The notes under the pieces were generated by a model. That model made no database searches. It was not told where the DNA came from and saw only the letters and a program-made list of their open reading frames with translations. A stretch of DNA of 59,382 bases, filler included, from Dimargaris cristalligena (taxonomy: Eukaryota): assembly GCA_003614675.1 (NCBI GenBank). It is 5 parts of 5 records of this genome, joined end to end, with 100 filler letters (N's around TTAATTAATTAA, not from the genome) between each part and the next. Parts side by side here need not be neighbours in the genome. Positions count along the whole stretch, not along the records: positions 35,736 to 47,517 come from ML003086.1; positions 47,618 to 59,382 come from ML003087.1; 3 more parts are not named here. The stretch is one strand, 5' to 3'. Position numbers and translations under genes: made by a program. Each line of letters opens with the position of its first letter. Position 1 is the first letter of the stretch. This document shows positions 37,343 to 51,656 of this stretch, in pieces.

Positions 37343-38461
37343 ATGGCCAACTCTGACTTTACCCTATCTGAGGTGCCGCGGCAACTGGTCGCCCATATGG
37401 CCAAGGCCCCTAAGCAGGTCAACCGGTGGGAGGTCCTGCGTACCCTACTTGCCTTGCTGTACCTCTTTCTCGTGGCCTACTTCATGGTCTTTATGCAGCA
37501 GTTTTCCGACCGCCGCTGGCGCCAGGACGACCCTAAGCTGCGTGACTTGGCCTTCGATTGGTTTCCGTTTGTGGACAAAGTGGATATCGCTGATGCGCTA
37601 GTCACCTCCTCCCTGGCCTTTGTCGTGTTCGGCAACCTGTTCCTCTTGACCAACTGGCGAAACCGTATCATTTTCGTGCGGCGGTGCCTCTGGCTCATCG
37701 GTACCCTCTACTTTTTCCGCGCCTTCACGCTGATTGTCACTACCCTTCCCAGCCCCCGGGACTGCGTACCTCCCATTAGCTACGATACGGCCGAAATGTT
37801 CCGGATCGGTCTAGAAATGATCATTTCCAAAACCAAGGCCTGTACCGATAACATCTATTCGGGCCATACCGTCATTTTGGTCAGCAGCTTTATGTTATGG
37901 CGGATTCACTGCAAATATGCCATCATCATCGGCTACGTCTTCTGTCATACCGTGGCTGGTGTTATCATGGTGCTCTTCACGCACTTGCACTATTTTGTCG
38001 ATATCCTGCTCGCTATTTTCTATACCTACAGTATTTTCAGTATGTACTTCTACGCCTTGGACCTGGCCGTTCATAATTACTATAAGCTCACGCCCCATCG
38101 ACTCCACTGCTCCTGCCAACCGCCCGCTTCAAAGAGTGAGCGGTTCGTGGGTTTTTTCCGTTACCAAGGGGACCCGGAGAAGGCTGATTCGGTCTATGGA
38201 AATGGTGACCGCTACGCCAACCCCGATGCTCCCTCCCAAGTAACCATTAGCCCGGCCCAGATGGTCGACGCCGCCGAATACCGCCGGGTGGCATTTACCC
38301 CCCGCATTCTGAATAACTGGATTCCCCACCTTATTGGCTGGATGGACGGACTCGACCTCCGCACTACCCGCCCTGGACTACCCAGCCCTGGGGGTGGTTG
38401 TCCGGTCCACCCACCCAAATATGCCTCACCTGTTCCCATGAACCAGGTCTATGTTTCATAG
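37343..38461 (+). CDS. Sphingomyelin synthase-family (SMS/SMSr, PAP2-like) multi-pass membrane enzyme, 372 aa
   Basis: About six hydrophobic segments; LRDLAF, R-R...YFFRAFTLIVTTLPSP, CTDNIYSGHT and HLHYFVDILLA correspond to SMS motifs D1-D4 with the catalytic H-H-D. Confidence 0.85.
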   Translation: MANSDFTLSEVPRQLVAHMAKAPKQVNRWEVLRTLLALLYLFLVAYFMVFMQQFSDRRWRQDDPKLRDLAFDWFPFVDKVDIADALVTSSLAFVVFGNLFLLTNWRNRIIFVRRCLWLIGTLYFFRAFTLIVTTLPSPRDCVPPISYDTAEMFRIGLEMIISKTKACTDNIYSGHTVILVSSFMLWRIHCKYAIIIGYVFCHTVAGVIMVLFTHLHYFVDILLAIFYTYSIFSMYFYALDLAVHNYYKLTPHRLHCSCQPPASKSERFVGFFRYQGDPEKADSVYGNGDRYANPDAPSQVTISPAQMVDAAEYRRVAFTPRILNNWIPHLIGWMDGLDLRTTRPGLPSPGGGCPVHPPKYASPVPMNQVYVS

Positions 38462-41400
38462 TATATTCCAGTCTAGTTTATATCTGGCCGTAGTATTTCC
38501 ACGCGAATATTTGTTGAGGGGACTGGGTCGCTCGAAAAATCAACCACCCGAATCAATGTAATTACTCTTGCTTAGCTTTGGAGAATATATGGACCTGCTT
38601 ATTAATTTATCCAGCCCGTGTCTCCCCAATACCACCATTCCCTAAGCTGGTTCTCTTTCAACTTTTCACTATCTATGATTCGTGGTGACCATGGATATAT
38701 TTGTATCGATTTTTCTGGCGGCCATGTACTGTAACCTGATCCTTCTTATTTTCTCTGTTCCCATTCTGTGCATGTACGTTTTTATACTTCTAGTCGTGCC
38801 TTCAATTTGGTTATAGAATTTTTACCCCAGTCCGCTTACTTTATTTATCTAAAAATCAGTGTGATAAATACACTCAGCCATATGTATCTTTTGGATATTT
38901 CAATCCCCACCCACCACTATCCCCCACCTGTCATTACACGCATGCATACTCTTTTCGGGTCCCATTTCCGGCATTGCCACCAGTTTATTTATAGTTGATT
39001 TGATTTCCCATCTATGTTGGTTGCCTCACTATTACTACATTATAACCACCTAATAAACCTTTTTTTTATATATTTTTACTAACGTTGGTTTCATTACGGG
39101 TAATGATTATTTGGTGATACCTATTTCCTTGTGAAACATCTTTTATCCCATTAATTTTTTTCTAGTCATAAGTACGCTTCCTCTATTTTCTGGCCTCATA
39201 TATCACCCGTAGCCATTGGTGTCCCCTAGGGTTGGACACGGCGGATATTTTACCGCCCTTGGTAAGACCAGCATACGGGGGTATCTAACACTAGCAGCCG
39301 GCCGAACACGTTAGATACTATTTAGAGTGCTATTCTCAGCGATGGCCCCCCGTGCCGCCTTTCCCAGACGTCCACTCTACCATTACGAACTGATTGGCGG
39401 CCCTGGTCACTCCCATAAATGTCTACCCCCCTGGCCACAGCACAGCAAGCAACATGCCACCTCCTTCCGCATCTTCAGTCATGAGCTCAATCTCCAAATC
39501 ATTGTATGCAGCCGGCTTTAGTATAAGGGAGTAGACCTGGAGGTCAGTGCAAATATTGTGACTGCCCCTTACCAGGATAGCAGCTAGGAGAGCCCCATTC
39601 ATTACATTTGCATCACTGCCCGGGCTAGATAACGGGGCCAGATGTGATGGTATTTTATGATCAAGTACCCTATGGCAATAGGGGCCGAACGTTGGTCGAC
39701 TCTGCAGTGCCGTGGTGGGACTCCAAGGGCAGGGTGTGACTGGTATTATCACCTTGCATCCGTTCGCTCCGTTGGGGATCTAATGCTAGGGTCTCCAGTG
39801 ACATGCGCCATCCCAGCGTAAGCGAGGCTTGTGCCCATTGGAGCGTTTTCCCTTTGGGTTTAGGAATTAGTTATGGGTGATTTTTGGACCGACCAAGAAA
39901 GGATGCGAATCGGACTACTAGCTGGCGATGGGCTTAGTTCGGCTAGACCCCAAGCTGGTATAATCGGCTGGCCGACCTGCTCTGCAGCGAATTATTCGAC
40001 GATGGCTTCGATAGAGTCCCCGGCAATTTTATACCTGCCACTCGTGCCATTTGTTACCTTTAAATTGCACTAATAGGGGAGTTAGCGAAGACAATACCAA
40101 TCATTGGCCAAGGCCACCTATATAACCAGTGGTTTTGATTTTTAACTAAGTCACTGTAGGGGAACGGGCGAAGCCCCTCTCGCACAGTAGTATATACTGA
40201 CCAACCCCACCTTGAGCATAGCCTACCCCACTGTGAAGCATTATTTCCGGGCCTGCCGTGTTAGTGGCCCGCCGTTTCGTCCTGCAATAGGCCGAGATGC
40301 AGTTAGCCATCAATGGTGACCTTGAACATTTCCCGTCAGATTCGATAATCGTATTTCCATCAAAACAGTCTCGGCCAGAACTACTCACTCCCTATCGCTG
40401 TATGGGGATTATGGCCGAGACCATTTAATGCCTTCCTTTTTAAGGCCGGTATAGCTGGGAGCTGGTGTCACACTTTCTACCATTAATTTGCCGATGACTA
40501 CCACCAGCTACAGATGGGGTATATTATGATACCGACGGACCGTTACGGTGGATCTGCGATGGTGCATTTGGTCAAACACGAACACATGATACCAATCATG
40601 TTCCTAGTGGAATAGTGAGACCTCTTCAGATGTTATCCCTTATTCAACATGTTACAAAATGGGTAACACTGTCTGTATCCATACGTCTATCGCAAAACTT
40701 GAATAGGCGGCTCGTTTGCGTAAAACTCCGAGGAGGGTTAGGCGTGGTGCAAGGGTGTAAATCGGGGACTGAGTTTCACCACCCCTTTGATTGAACCATG
40801 TTCCGGACCACCTTGGTCTGCCCCTCCTGCATAAATTGCACTGATAGGGTAAATCTTTTTTTCGGCGGGGATTGGTTGATTAGATCAGCTCTAAAACGAC
40901 CACCTCCTTCGTATAAACCCATTTTATCGAATCATGCCATTTTCACTCTTGCCTCAATCCAGACGAGGCTAGGGAATTGGGCACCGTTTGTTACGATGAT
41001 CTAAGGCAACCACCACCCACCCACCTATTTTGGGATAATGGTGCAGTGATTCGCTGCGGTTTGGCCTTGATAGTCCTCCACTTTGGGTTCCAGGATATGG
41101 CAGAGGACCTAGCGAAAAGGGATCGGGAAAGTGGTGTGAAACATCCCCCCAGGTGTGGAGAGAGAAAGAGTGGTTTGGTGTTTATTTAGGGTGGGAAGTT
41201 CACGTTGAAGGGGAGAACAGCGAGATGCACCACAATGTGGGACATCCCGCTTTGGCTATTGGTCCATGCAGAGAGCCACTCTGGCGATGACGACAGTAGG
41301 TGGTGTGCATAGAGAGGAGAGAAGGCCAGCAGAGCAGTCGCTCTCCCTTTTGGCCACCCACCCCAATCGAAGCCCGCGAGAGGCGTGCGGAGTATATGCG

Positions 41401-41540
41401 CAAAACTAGTCAAATAGCATTGCATCAGTTGGTTATTCGATTACTTTCCGTTCGGTTCCTTCTTCCCACATTATAGTGTTTCACCCTATTCTGTCGCTAC
41501 TATATAGCCTTGCCCTTCTCCCCTGCCTTGCCTTTTTGCA

Positions 41541-42300
41541 ATGCCCTCGTTCACTCCCAAACAACTCATCACCTTTGTCGTCGCTGCTCTGCTCGTCTTC
41601 CTGAGCTTCCGTTTCATCTTCCGTTCCCCCGAACAAACCATCTCCCCCATCCCCCCTTCTTCTCAGCAGCCTACCATGGGTGTCACTCGCGAGATCCTCA
41701 CCGCTGGCAACGGCCCTAGCCCCCAGCCCGTAAGTCGACCCTAACCCGTTCCCCCTCCGAACTTTAGCCCATCCACCCCATCTGTTCGCCTTCGAGCCCA
41801 GTGGTGTAGTCCTAACTTTTGCTGTACTCTATATTGTTGACCGGTACGATTGATTTCGACTTCCTTAGGGCCAAACCGTCTACATTCACTGTAAGTACTC
41901 TTCCCTTCTGTTGCCGCTCCCCCTTGTCTATATCGGTTCCCTCCTATATTTTGGTATATCCCTCTGGTCAGATTGGCCGTATCTCTTATTGACCGAGTGC
42001 TATTCCACTATTATACCTCTATTGCCAATGCACCGCTATAAACCAACCACAGACACCGGTACTCTCAAAAACGGTTCCAAGTTCGATAGCTCCCGCGACC
42101 GCGGTTCTCCCTTTAGCTTCGTCGTTGGCCGCGGCCAGGTCATCCGTGGCTGGGAAGAGGAGGTCCCTAAGATGAAGCAGGGCGAGAGAGCCAAGCTTAC
42201 CATCTCCCCCGAATACGGCTACGGTGCTCGGGGCTTCCCCCCGGTCATTCCCCCCAACTCCGACCTCATCTTCGACGTTGAGCTTCTCGATATCAAATAA
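41541..42300 (+). CDS. FPR1: FKBP12-type peptidyl-prolyl isomerase; exons 41541(or 41676)-41729, 41869-41890, 42053-42300
   Basis: [13 protein letters not shown]...|[28 protein letters not shown]...GQVIRGWEE...[25 protein letters not shown]; a 22-nt microexon restores the frame. Confidence 0.93.
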
Positions 42301-42914
42301 ATGGGAGACTTCCCCTTTCGCGCGCATTCTTTACCCGCTTGGGCCAACAGTGGCCAGTATATAGCCCGCAAATAGGCGCTTCCTCAGTTTCCCTCACATT
42401 TATTTCTTACTCTAATTGTGTAATAACCGCTACCCGGTATGTCGCCCAACTTATTTTTGAATAAACTTCGTTACGGTATGGTGGCGCTGTTTATAGGCCT
42501 AGGGTGCTCGGCGAGAGCCGCCATGTGATGTATCCCTGTAACCTATTATAGAACTGTGGGAAGCAATCATTCTAAACAACTCCAATGCATGCAGACCCCT
42601 CCATCTCCCCCGGTTAATAGGGCAGCTTCCTACAAACATACAAATGGGCTGTGAAGGCAGGCGGGGGCTTTGTGGATAGATACCCTTGGACAGCTTAACT
42701 CGGCGCTGTTGGATCAATGAGGGGTTTATGGACAACTAGTTTCAAAGGCCAATGAAGTGAAACCTATCCATTCGATTGAGAATGAATATGGATAGCATCA
42801 GACCCTCCTGACTCTGAAGGCCATCCAGTGAAACCCAGTTAGTTACTCAGTATTATTTTACCATGCCTGCTATACTTGGCTCTCCTCTTCCTGAAATATG
42901 GGATATATCCAGTG

Positions 42915-43060
42915 AATATGGGTGAAATTCAAACCAGCTGTATAAGGTTTTACATAATACATGTATGGTTGAATATATGTGAGAATGGCTTTTAACCAGT
43001 AATATTGGCCTCATCCAATGGATTTTTCATTATACCGCCTGAATGAACTTCTCTCATATG
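42915..43060 (-). mobile_element. MITE-like element, copy 2 (diverged, reverse orientation)
   Basis: ATATGGGTGAAATTC...CTGTATAAGG...AACCAGTAATATTGGCCTCATCCAATGGATTTTTC...TGAACTTCTCTCATATG is the reverse complement of copy 1 with substitutions. Confidence 0.75.
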
Positions 43061-43598
43061 CAGCATAATCCCCGCCAACCTTTACAACCCCATGTCCGAT
43101 TATTTTAGTAACCTTGTTGCTTAGTCGCGTCTATATTACTACACCAAAAGGCCTCGTCTCTTCCTCATTTGCTTTGCAGTTCTCGGTCTCGCCCATTTAG
43201 CAAGGTTCCTTTGCATTTCTAGTTCCGCTTGCTCTATTTTGGATTCTTTTCTTTTTGGTATTGCGGCTTTGCATGTCTCCCAATCGACTGCCTTGGGCTA
43301 TTCTATCCTCTATCTACCGTGTTTGAGAATATCCCTGTGCAATAAATACTTTTCCGCGCCCCTCCATTTGTTTAGTCCATTTCTCGAGCCGTTTCCCTTC
43401 ATCCCTTGCCTTAGGAACCCCATTGCGCTGAGCGCATGACTCGCAATAGGCCTCCCTTCGTTTAGCGGCTTCTCCTCTTTTACCTCTATTTTGCATGCAA
43501 TATTCAAGTCCTTAGTACCCTCTCCCCACGCTTACGTTCCCTCCCCCCCTCCCACCTATTCAGTCGACGTCCGGGCCAGTCGCATCCCCTAGGTTACC

Positions 43599-46500
43599 AT
43601 GGACTTCTTTTCACGGGTTCGACCAAAGTCGTTTGCTCGCAAGAAGAAGCAGCAGCAGCATTCCCTCGAAGAGAATGCGGTTCCTGAGCCCGTGTCCGAG
43701 CCAACGACCCCCCTATTACCCAAACTGCCTCCTTCGTCCGAGACCTTACCCCCCTTATCCCATACCACTACCGCCAGCGTATCAAGTGCCCGTAAGGAAC
43801 TCTCCCGTCCGGCTACCCCGGTGGCCATTTCTAAACCTACCCCACCGGCCGCCCGTTCCCTCGCGGGAAAGCACACTCCATCGGCCTCGGTTCCGGCGGT
43901 CCCACCACCCTTTGAAACAGCAGCTGTTCCCCCCTCCCGCCAACCACAACCTCAGCCACCGCCTCATCAAAATCAGCATCATAACAACCCCTTTGCCGGT
44001 TGGTCCAGCGCGTTTACATCCCCATCGAGTCGCTCCAGATCCAATGGTTCCCGGCGGGCCTTTACACCGACCCAGTCGCCCCCAAGGGCCCACGCTTTAA
44101 CCAGTCCGAGTAAAATGCCACCCGGATCCAATCTATCCCACCCCTGGCGGCCCAGCCCCCCTAATTTCATGGGCTACCCGCCCGACCCGACCTACCGTAA
44201 AGTCAGCGACCCCACCCAGGTGGGGAGTGCGGCCCTGCTGCACCCCGGTAATAGTGGTCCACCGCACTCCCACCTGGGGCCCCCCTGGGACTCGTACCCG
44301 GTTCCCCAGGCCGTCTACCCCGGCCCACCCCTAGGCCCGGCCCCTGACCAGAGCGATAAGAGCCACCGGAAAACCAAACCCATCTTCGACGAGCGCCAGA
44401 AATCCAGTGTGCGCTTCTCCCACTTAACCAGCTACCTGGACAGCGTGGAATCGACGGAGAAGACTTGGTTCTTCCAAACCCATGCGGATACTGTGTTCAC
44501 CGTTCTATTCGACACATTTGTGGATCAGCTCGACAAAATCCAGCGGCGGACCGAAGTCCCCGATTCCCCCAACGCCAAGGAAATCATTGCCATCATGCGA
44601 ATATTCGGCATTCTCCGCAAACTACTCTACAATATTCCCGGGTTGGTTCGTGCCGGCTGGCACAGTCAGAAAATGGGTAAGTAAGCGTCGATATCACTTA
44701 TTACTTGATTTCCTATTCGGGATGACACCATTCAATGATATTTAATGGCTGGCAGTGCCTCTACTAAGCCTCTGCTAAGCCCACCAACTTCTAATTATTA
44801 TATTTTGGGTATCTTATAAATACAGCTTGGATGCTGTCTTCGCTGCTAGACCCCCTTAACCACCCACAGATTGTCCGGGAGGGATTTATCCTCCTAATCG
44901 AATGGATGAACCTCCAGGGAAGCTACCACGAGCAAACCTTTTTCCTGTTCCGCGATGCCCTGATCCAACGGATCTTCCTGTCGGAGCTCGCCCTATCCGT
45001 GGGAGGCAAGGGTGCCTCGATTGACCCTCGCCTCCGCAACCGAACCAGTCAGCCTATCCCCCCTCCTTCCCTAGGCCGTCAAGACAGCCCATACCACTCC
45101 ATAATCCCTGGCATGGGGTCCAGTAGAGCCCACCGGGACCGCCCGACCGAATCCGATCCCTCCCCGTTTCCGGCCCTCTCTGGTACCCAACTATCCGGGG
45201 AACTACCCGAAATCACACCCGTTTCTCGTCAAGGTTCATCCACTAGTGGCAAATTCGGCACGTTTGGGGCCATCTCCCAGCACTTTAAACCGGATCAACA
45301 CGTACCGGACAACCACCAATACGACCCCCAGCAGCAACCAGCTGGGCCTATCACGCGGTATAACAAACCCATCACGGCGACGGACGTTCTTGACATGACC
45401 CAGCTTGTGCTAAGTAATATCAAAATGCTGGCCAATGCCTCCGTCGAGTTGGACGGTCGTAAAATTCCGCTAACTACCACTGGTGCGATTCCAGGCGAAC
45501 ATATAGGTATCATTCCCGAAAGCCTTGCCGAATCGCCGTCGTCCGTGTCGGAACCCAGTCTAAACGAGAACGGTTGGAACGGGAGCTATCCGTGGCGGAT
45601 TACGGGCCACGAAGCGCTCACAACTGCCCAATTTATGTTCCAGATGTTCAAACAGGCCTGTCTCTTCCAACTCTTCCCCACTTGGGCCCATCGGTCGGGT
45701 GCCTCCGAAACGACGTCGGCTCCCAAGAGTTTCGGCAATTATCACACTATTTTGCTGAAGCCTCTGGTGCAATTCCTGGTGGATTGTAGTATCCCGCGTC
45801 CGGCTGGTGTTCATCCGGATGCCCGCCCGGCCGATCTCGTTAACAAGGTACGGCGGCACCCCGAGTTGGCCCATCGCCCCTGGGCTTTCAATGACCCCGA
45901 CGGTACCCCCTGGTACACCTACATTACGGTTAACCAGGTGCTGTTCGCCCAGGAGGACAACCTCGATCTCCTCTGCGAGATACTGCGGCAATCGCTACTG
46001 CTGCCTATTCGGAAACCCGAGCACAGCGAGCTAGTCAGTGGTGCCATCGGGGTGATTCGCAACTGGCTGTTCGGGAGTGTTGGCGGTATTCCCATATTCC
46101 TGGCCCATTTGGCCCAGGAAGATTATCCTGCCGGGTCTATTTACGGGGAGGTTGGCCAGGCCGCGGGGCGGCGGCACTCCATGATGGGCCAACCCACCCC
46201 CTTTTACCAACTCCCATCAACTCGGGTGGCCACCCAGTCTAACCCCAATCTGCCCCTTCCTTCCGAGCCACCCACACCAACTTTGGCCTCCACCCCGGGC
46301 GCTCCCCCGTCCCAGACCGGCCATCAACATGGCCAAATGTGTCCCAACGAAACTAGCGACTCGGCTAAATGGTGGGCTCCACTATGCTCCCGTTACGTCA
46401 ACTCCCTACTGCAAATCCTAGCCGAGCCCCTGCGGAGCCTGTTTGCCCTAGGGGACATGATCCCACCCGCTACCGTGGCCTCCTGTCAGAAGATATTCGA

Positions 46501-47517
46501 TCTCTTGCGCAGCTTAGCCACGGAACAGCCTCTTCCTTTGACCGAGGATAATTGGCAACTCCTCATGGCCATACTTATCGGTACCTATGAGACATTGCCC
46601 ATGAATCATGTGTACCGGCAACCACCACCCCCGCCACCGGGCTCTCACTCTATGAGTAGTCCCCCGCGGACGGGCGGGACGATGTATGGATTGGATCAAC
46701 ATGGGCCTGGAACCTCGTCATCTCAACCGCCTCTATCAAGTGGGGGCGGGGCGCCGACTGATTCGTCGGGGCTCCATATAAGCTGTCCGGAACCGAGCAG
46801 TCCCCCCTCACCCACTCCTTCCCCCACTGCTGCCATGCCCCGCCTCCACCACCACCGGCAAAGTTCCACTTTATCGGTATCGAGTGCCACTGGGTCCCAG
46901 GAGCCTTCCCTGATTGTGGAGGACATGGTTGGACAACTAGTGGAAACTCTATTCATTTGCGTCATTTCATCCCGCTCCCAGAACCCGGCCATGTGGCGGC
47001 GGTTTACCACGGCCTTATCCCGCAACCCCAACTGGAAGAACCTGGTAGGGTTCTGGAGTATGGTCATTAGTCGAATCGCGATGGTGGTCTCTCAGCAATT
47101 TTTCACCCACTTCCCGACTATGCCCCAGTTGCCTGACGACGAATTATCCACCAATTCCGGGTCGTCGGAAAACGGTGGTAATTCGGACATTACCAACCCC
47201 CCAACCTCGCTCGATTTAAGTAGTCATAAGGTCCTGACGTCCCTGGCGCGTTCGTGGACCGTATCCCACTTGGGGGATCGCAGGATTCCCTTGATCTCGC
47301 CGCGGCGTTCCCGTTCGTGCTCCGGCCGGATCCAGCGGACCGAAACGACTCCCTCTCTGCCCAAGGACGAACCCTCAGTCCATCACCAATCCTCGCGATC
47401 CGCTCTACCTTTTACCGGGTCCTCAATGGATCGTCCCCGGGCCTATTCAACCCCGGCCCCAACGGGTATGTCTCCTACGTCGTCTGCCCCAGCCCCATTG
47501 GTCCCCAATCGTACTCC
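43599..47517 (+). CDS. Ral GTPase-activating protein alpha-subunit-like protein, N-terminal part (exons 43599-44676, 44826-47517), truncated
   Basis: VRFSHLTSYL...FFQTHADTVFTVLFDTF...ILRKLLYNIPGLVRAGWHSQKM|AWMLSSLLDPLNHPQIVREGFILLIEWM parallels the RALGAPA N-terminal helical region. The GAP domain is not in the contig. Confidence 0.7.
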
Positions 47518-47617
47518 NNNNNNNNNNNNNNNNNNNNNNNNNNNNNNNNNNNNNNNNNNNNTTAATTAATTAANNNNNNNNNNNNNNNNNNNNNNNNNNN
47601 NNNNNNNNNNNNNNNNN
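47518..47617. other. Artificial contig linker
   Basis: N44-TTAATTAATTAA-N44. Confidence 0.98.
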
Positions 47618-47714
47618 TCGGTGGCGTTGCTGGTTTGGATTAAGTTCCGAGCGAGTTTGTTCTAATAAACTTTCCTTTTCACTATTCTCCTGCTATTGCA
47701 CAACAAAAATATAC

Positions 47715-47787
47715 GGTTGAATAGTGTAGTTGGTTATCACACGGGATTCTGATTCCCGTGACCCGAGTTCGAATCTCGGTTCGACCT
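47715..47787 (+). tRNA. tRNA-Gln (anticodon CTG), intronless
   Basis: Acceptor GGTTGAA/TTCGACC, anticodon arm CGGGA-TTCTGAT-TCCCG, T arm CCGAG-TTCGAAT-CTCGG, followed by an oligo-T Pol III terminator. Confidence 0.95.
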
Positions 47788-48034
47788 CATTTTTTCAATT
47801 TTTATTTTATTATATCCCCACAACAGAACCCTCTTTGTTCAATTATATATCATGACATTGCCCTGTTCGTCTACATCATAAATATCCTCATTAATGAGTA
47901 TTACAACTATATCAAAAGCTTTTCCGGAAAATGGCTCAGTTGGCCATCTCTTTCTCTTTACAAGCCAGGTAGAGTGCATTGGGGAATAGCTGGCTACTTG
48001 AAGATGAAGAGTTTTGGGGTTTAGTCTATAACTG

Positions 48035-48180
48035 TATATGGGTGAAATTTGGTCCAGCTGTATAGGGTTTTGACTGATATGTGCACGCGGAGATGGGTGG
48101 GATATTCATGTTCAACCAGTAGTATTCGCCTCATTTAACAGATTTTTCGTTTTACAGCCTGGTTGAATTTCGCCTTAAAC
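48035..48180 (-). mobile_element. MITE-like element, copy 3 (diverged, reverse orientation)
   Basis: TATATGGGTGAAATTT...CTGTATAGGGTTT...TTCAACCAGTAGTATTCGCCTCAT...TACAGCCTGGTTGAA matches the reverse complement of copy 1. Confidence 0.75.
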
Positions 48181-48589
48181 CCAATGATGCCCAAACAGAT
48201 CTAATCACCCTCTCCCTCAATAGTTACACTGTAGCGGGCCTGCAGCGGGGGGGGCACTTAGGCACCCTGCCGGTCACCGTTGACTTCTCGAGTATTTAAA
48301 CATAAATAATATTGGAGAACTACGGGGAAAGCTAGTGAGAAGAATGGTAGAATGATTGACGACTCCAGCCCAGATGACGCGCGTGAGAGGTCAATTAATA
48401 GAATAAGACCGATTTGGCCACTAAAAAAAGTATGTCTGGGGAAGCTTTTCATTTTTAAATATAGTAAGAATAATAAAGAAACTATTTTACGAAACAAACG
48501 TTACATAATAACGCAGGTAGGTGTTAATCTGGAAAAAGAGGGGCGGGCCAAAAGATAAATAAAAATAGAAAAATTGAAGTGAATGGAAT

Positions 48590-50101
<1,512 letters not shown>

Positions 50102-50643
50102 GGTGGGGAATGTGGTGTGGGTTAGGGAGGGGCGGCTATTGTGGTATTCGGAGGCGCAACGGAGCTTGATAAAACACTGGTATTAGAAAGGTAGTGAGAT
50201 AGTCTAGAAAAGATATCCGTTCGGGTAGCACAGGGCCCGGGAGCCGGAGCAGTACTAAATATTTATAAGGTGAGGGGGGATATCCCAGCTTGGAGAAAAA
50301 AAGGACCAGTAGACAGGATTGGCTGGCTTGATTGCCCGAATCAAGGGCCCAACAGGAGAAAGGGGGCTTAATCAGTCACCAAGAAGGGCTACTATAATGC
50401 TGCTGCGTGGCTTGGGGTTGGTTAAGCAAGGGGGGGGGATATAGCCCTTATTCATTATACCCAGCCTCCCTATCGAACAGTTGGGGCACGTGATGCAAGG
50501 GTGGGTTTGTGAAGAGAGAGCCCCTCTCCTTCCATTTGCGCCCATCGAAGCCCCAGGAATATTGCTGTAAAATATAACAGGCAGCTGAAAGAAGCATCCG
50601 TATCTCGAGGACAAAACACCGCGCGAGGTGTGGGTGGGCCATG

Positions 50644-50652
50644 ATGAGTCAT
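50644..50652. promoter_or_regulatory. Gcn4/CpcA (AP-1) type element ATGAGTCAT; further TGA(C/G)TCA cores at 51178-51184 and 51394-51401
   Basis: Perfect 9-bp consensus ~540 bp upstream of the DAHP synthase ATG, in the divergent ARO4-BNA1 spacer. Confidence 0.55.
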
Positions 50653-51656
50653 TTAGGGTGATGTGTCAGTTAATAAATGGGCGAGTATGGCTGTGGTGTG
50701 GATTGGTGAATATTCGAACATGCGCCCCCCTGATGTAGAAAACCAGTATTCCATGTCAAGAAATCCACTTGATTTCCCCTAAACCGCCCCAAACTGCAAA
50801 ATGAACAAACGGCAGAAAGTCCATTCGTCGGTAGCGGCCGACCTGCATACCATTTTACATAACCCTTACGATTTCCCGTGAAGCTCCGCCATCGAGCAAG
50901 TCGCCCCCAATTAGCCTAACCTTCTCCGGACTATACTAGGAAGCCTTTCTTGTTTTACTCGGGTTTACGGGCAAGCCTGCTACGTCGAGCAGGTATAATA
51001 GACAGACACAGATAACAATGATGATGAGCTCATCGCGCAATCTAAAATTAGGGCACCATCAGTCAGCTGCTCCCACCGCGTTTGACCAGTTTAGCCCGGC
51101 CGAGCTCCGAAGGAATGACTGCAGCACATGCCACTAGGCCCCAACCTGCCATTCGTCGGAATAATGGCGTGCAGCGCTGAGTCATTTTGGGGGATTGTGC
51201 TTTACACACCAGTTCCGGCTGCAGGACTATAGTAACCCCAACGGGGCTGACGGAAGATTTCATTTTGATAAGAGAGGCCGTCGCGAGAGTTCCCCATATC
51301 AGTGTCCACATCACCAGCGCTGGATGGGAAATAGAGCCCTGTAACTAACTTATCGCTGGGTTGGGTAGGTCTTACTATCCAGCCACGGATAACATGACTC
51401 ACCCCCCGCGGTTCCACACCGCAACGGCCCAGGGGTTTCGGCGGGCGGCCAAGAAAGAGTAGATCACACAGCCAAGCTCCCTTTTCCGGCCTAGGGGAAT
51501 TAGCCGATTCCATTATTGAAATTGACCCTCATTCTCTATTCCTTTTTTACACTACGGAGTATTTCCGCCCTAACCCCGACTAGCTAACAAACGTGCCCAG
51601 CCCAGACTCGATCAACGCCCCCCACCAAACACTGTCGAAACCAGACAAGCCTCACC

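Noticed and set aside
38500-41500. 3-kb gene-free interval with many short ORFs
   Set aside because: No consistent spliced frame, protein motif or ncRNA signature that I could support.
11816-47617. Four regularly spaced N-TTAATTAATTAA-N blocks that look like a periodic element
   Set aside because: Artificial linkers between size-sorted contigs (11815, 11814, 11806, 11782, 11765 bp). Gene adjacency across them has no biological meaning.
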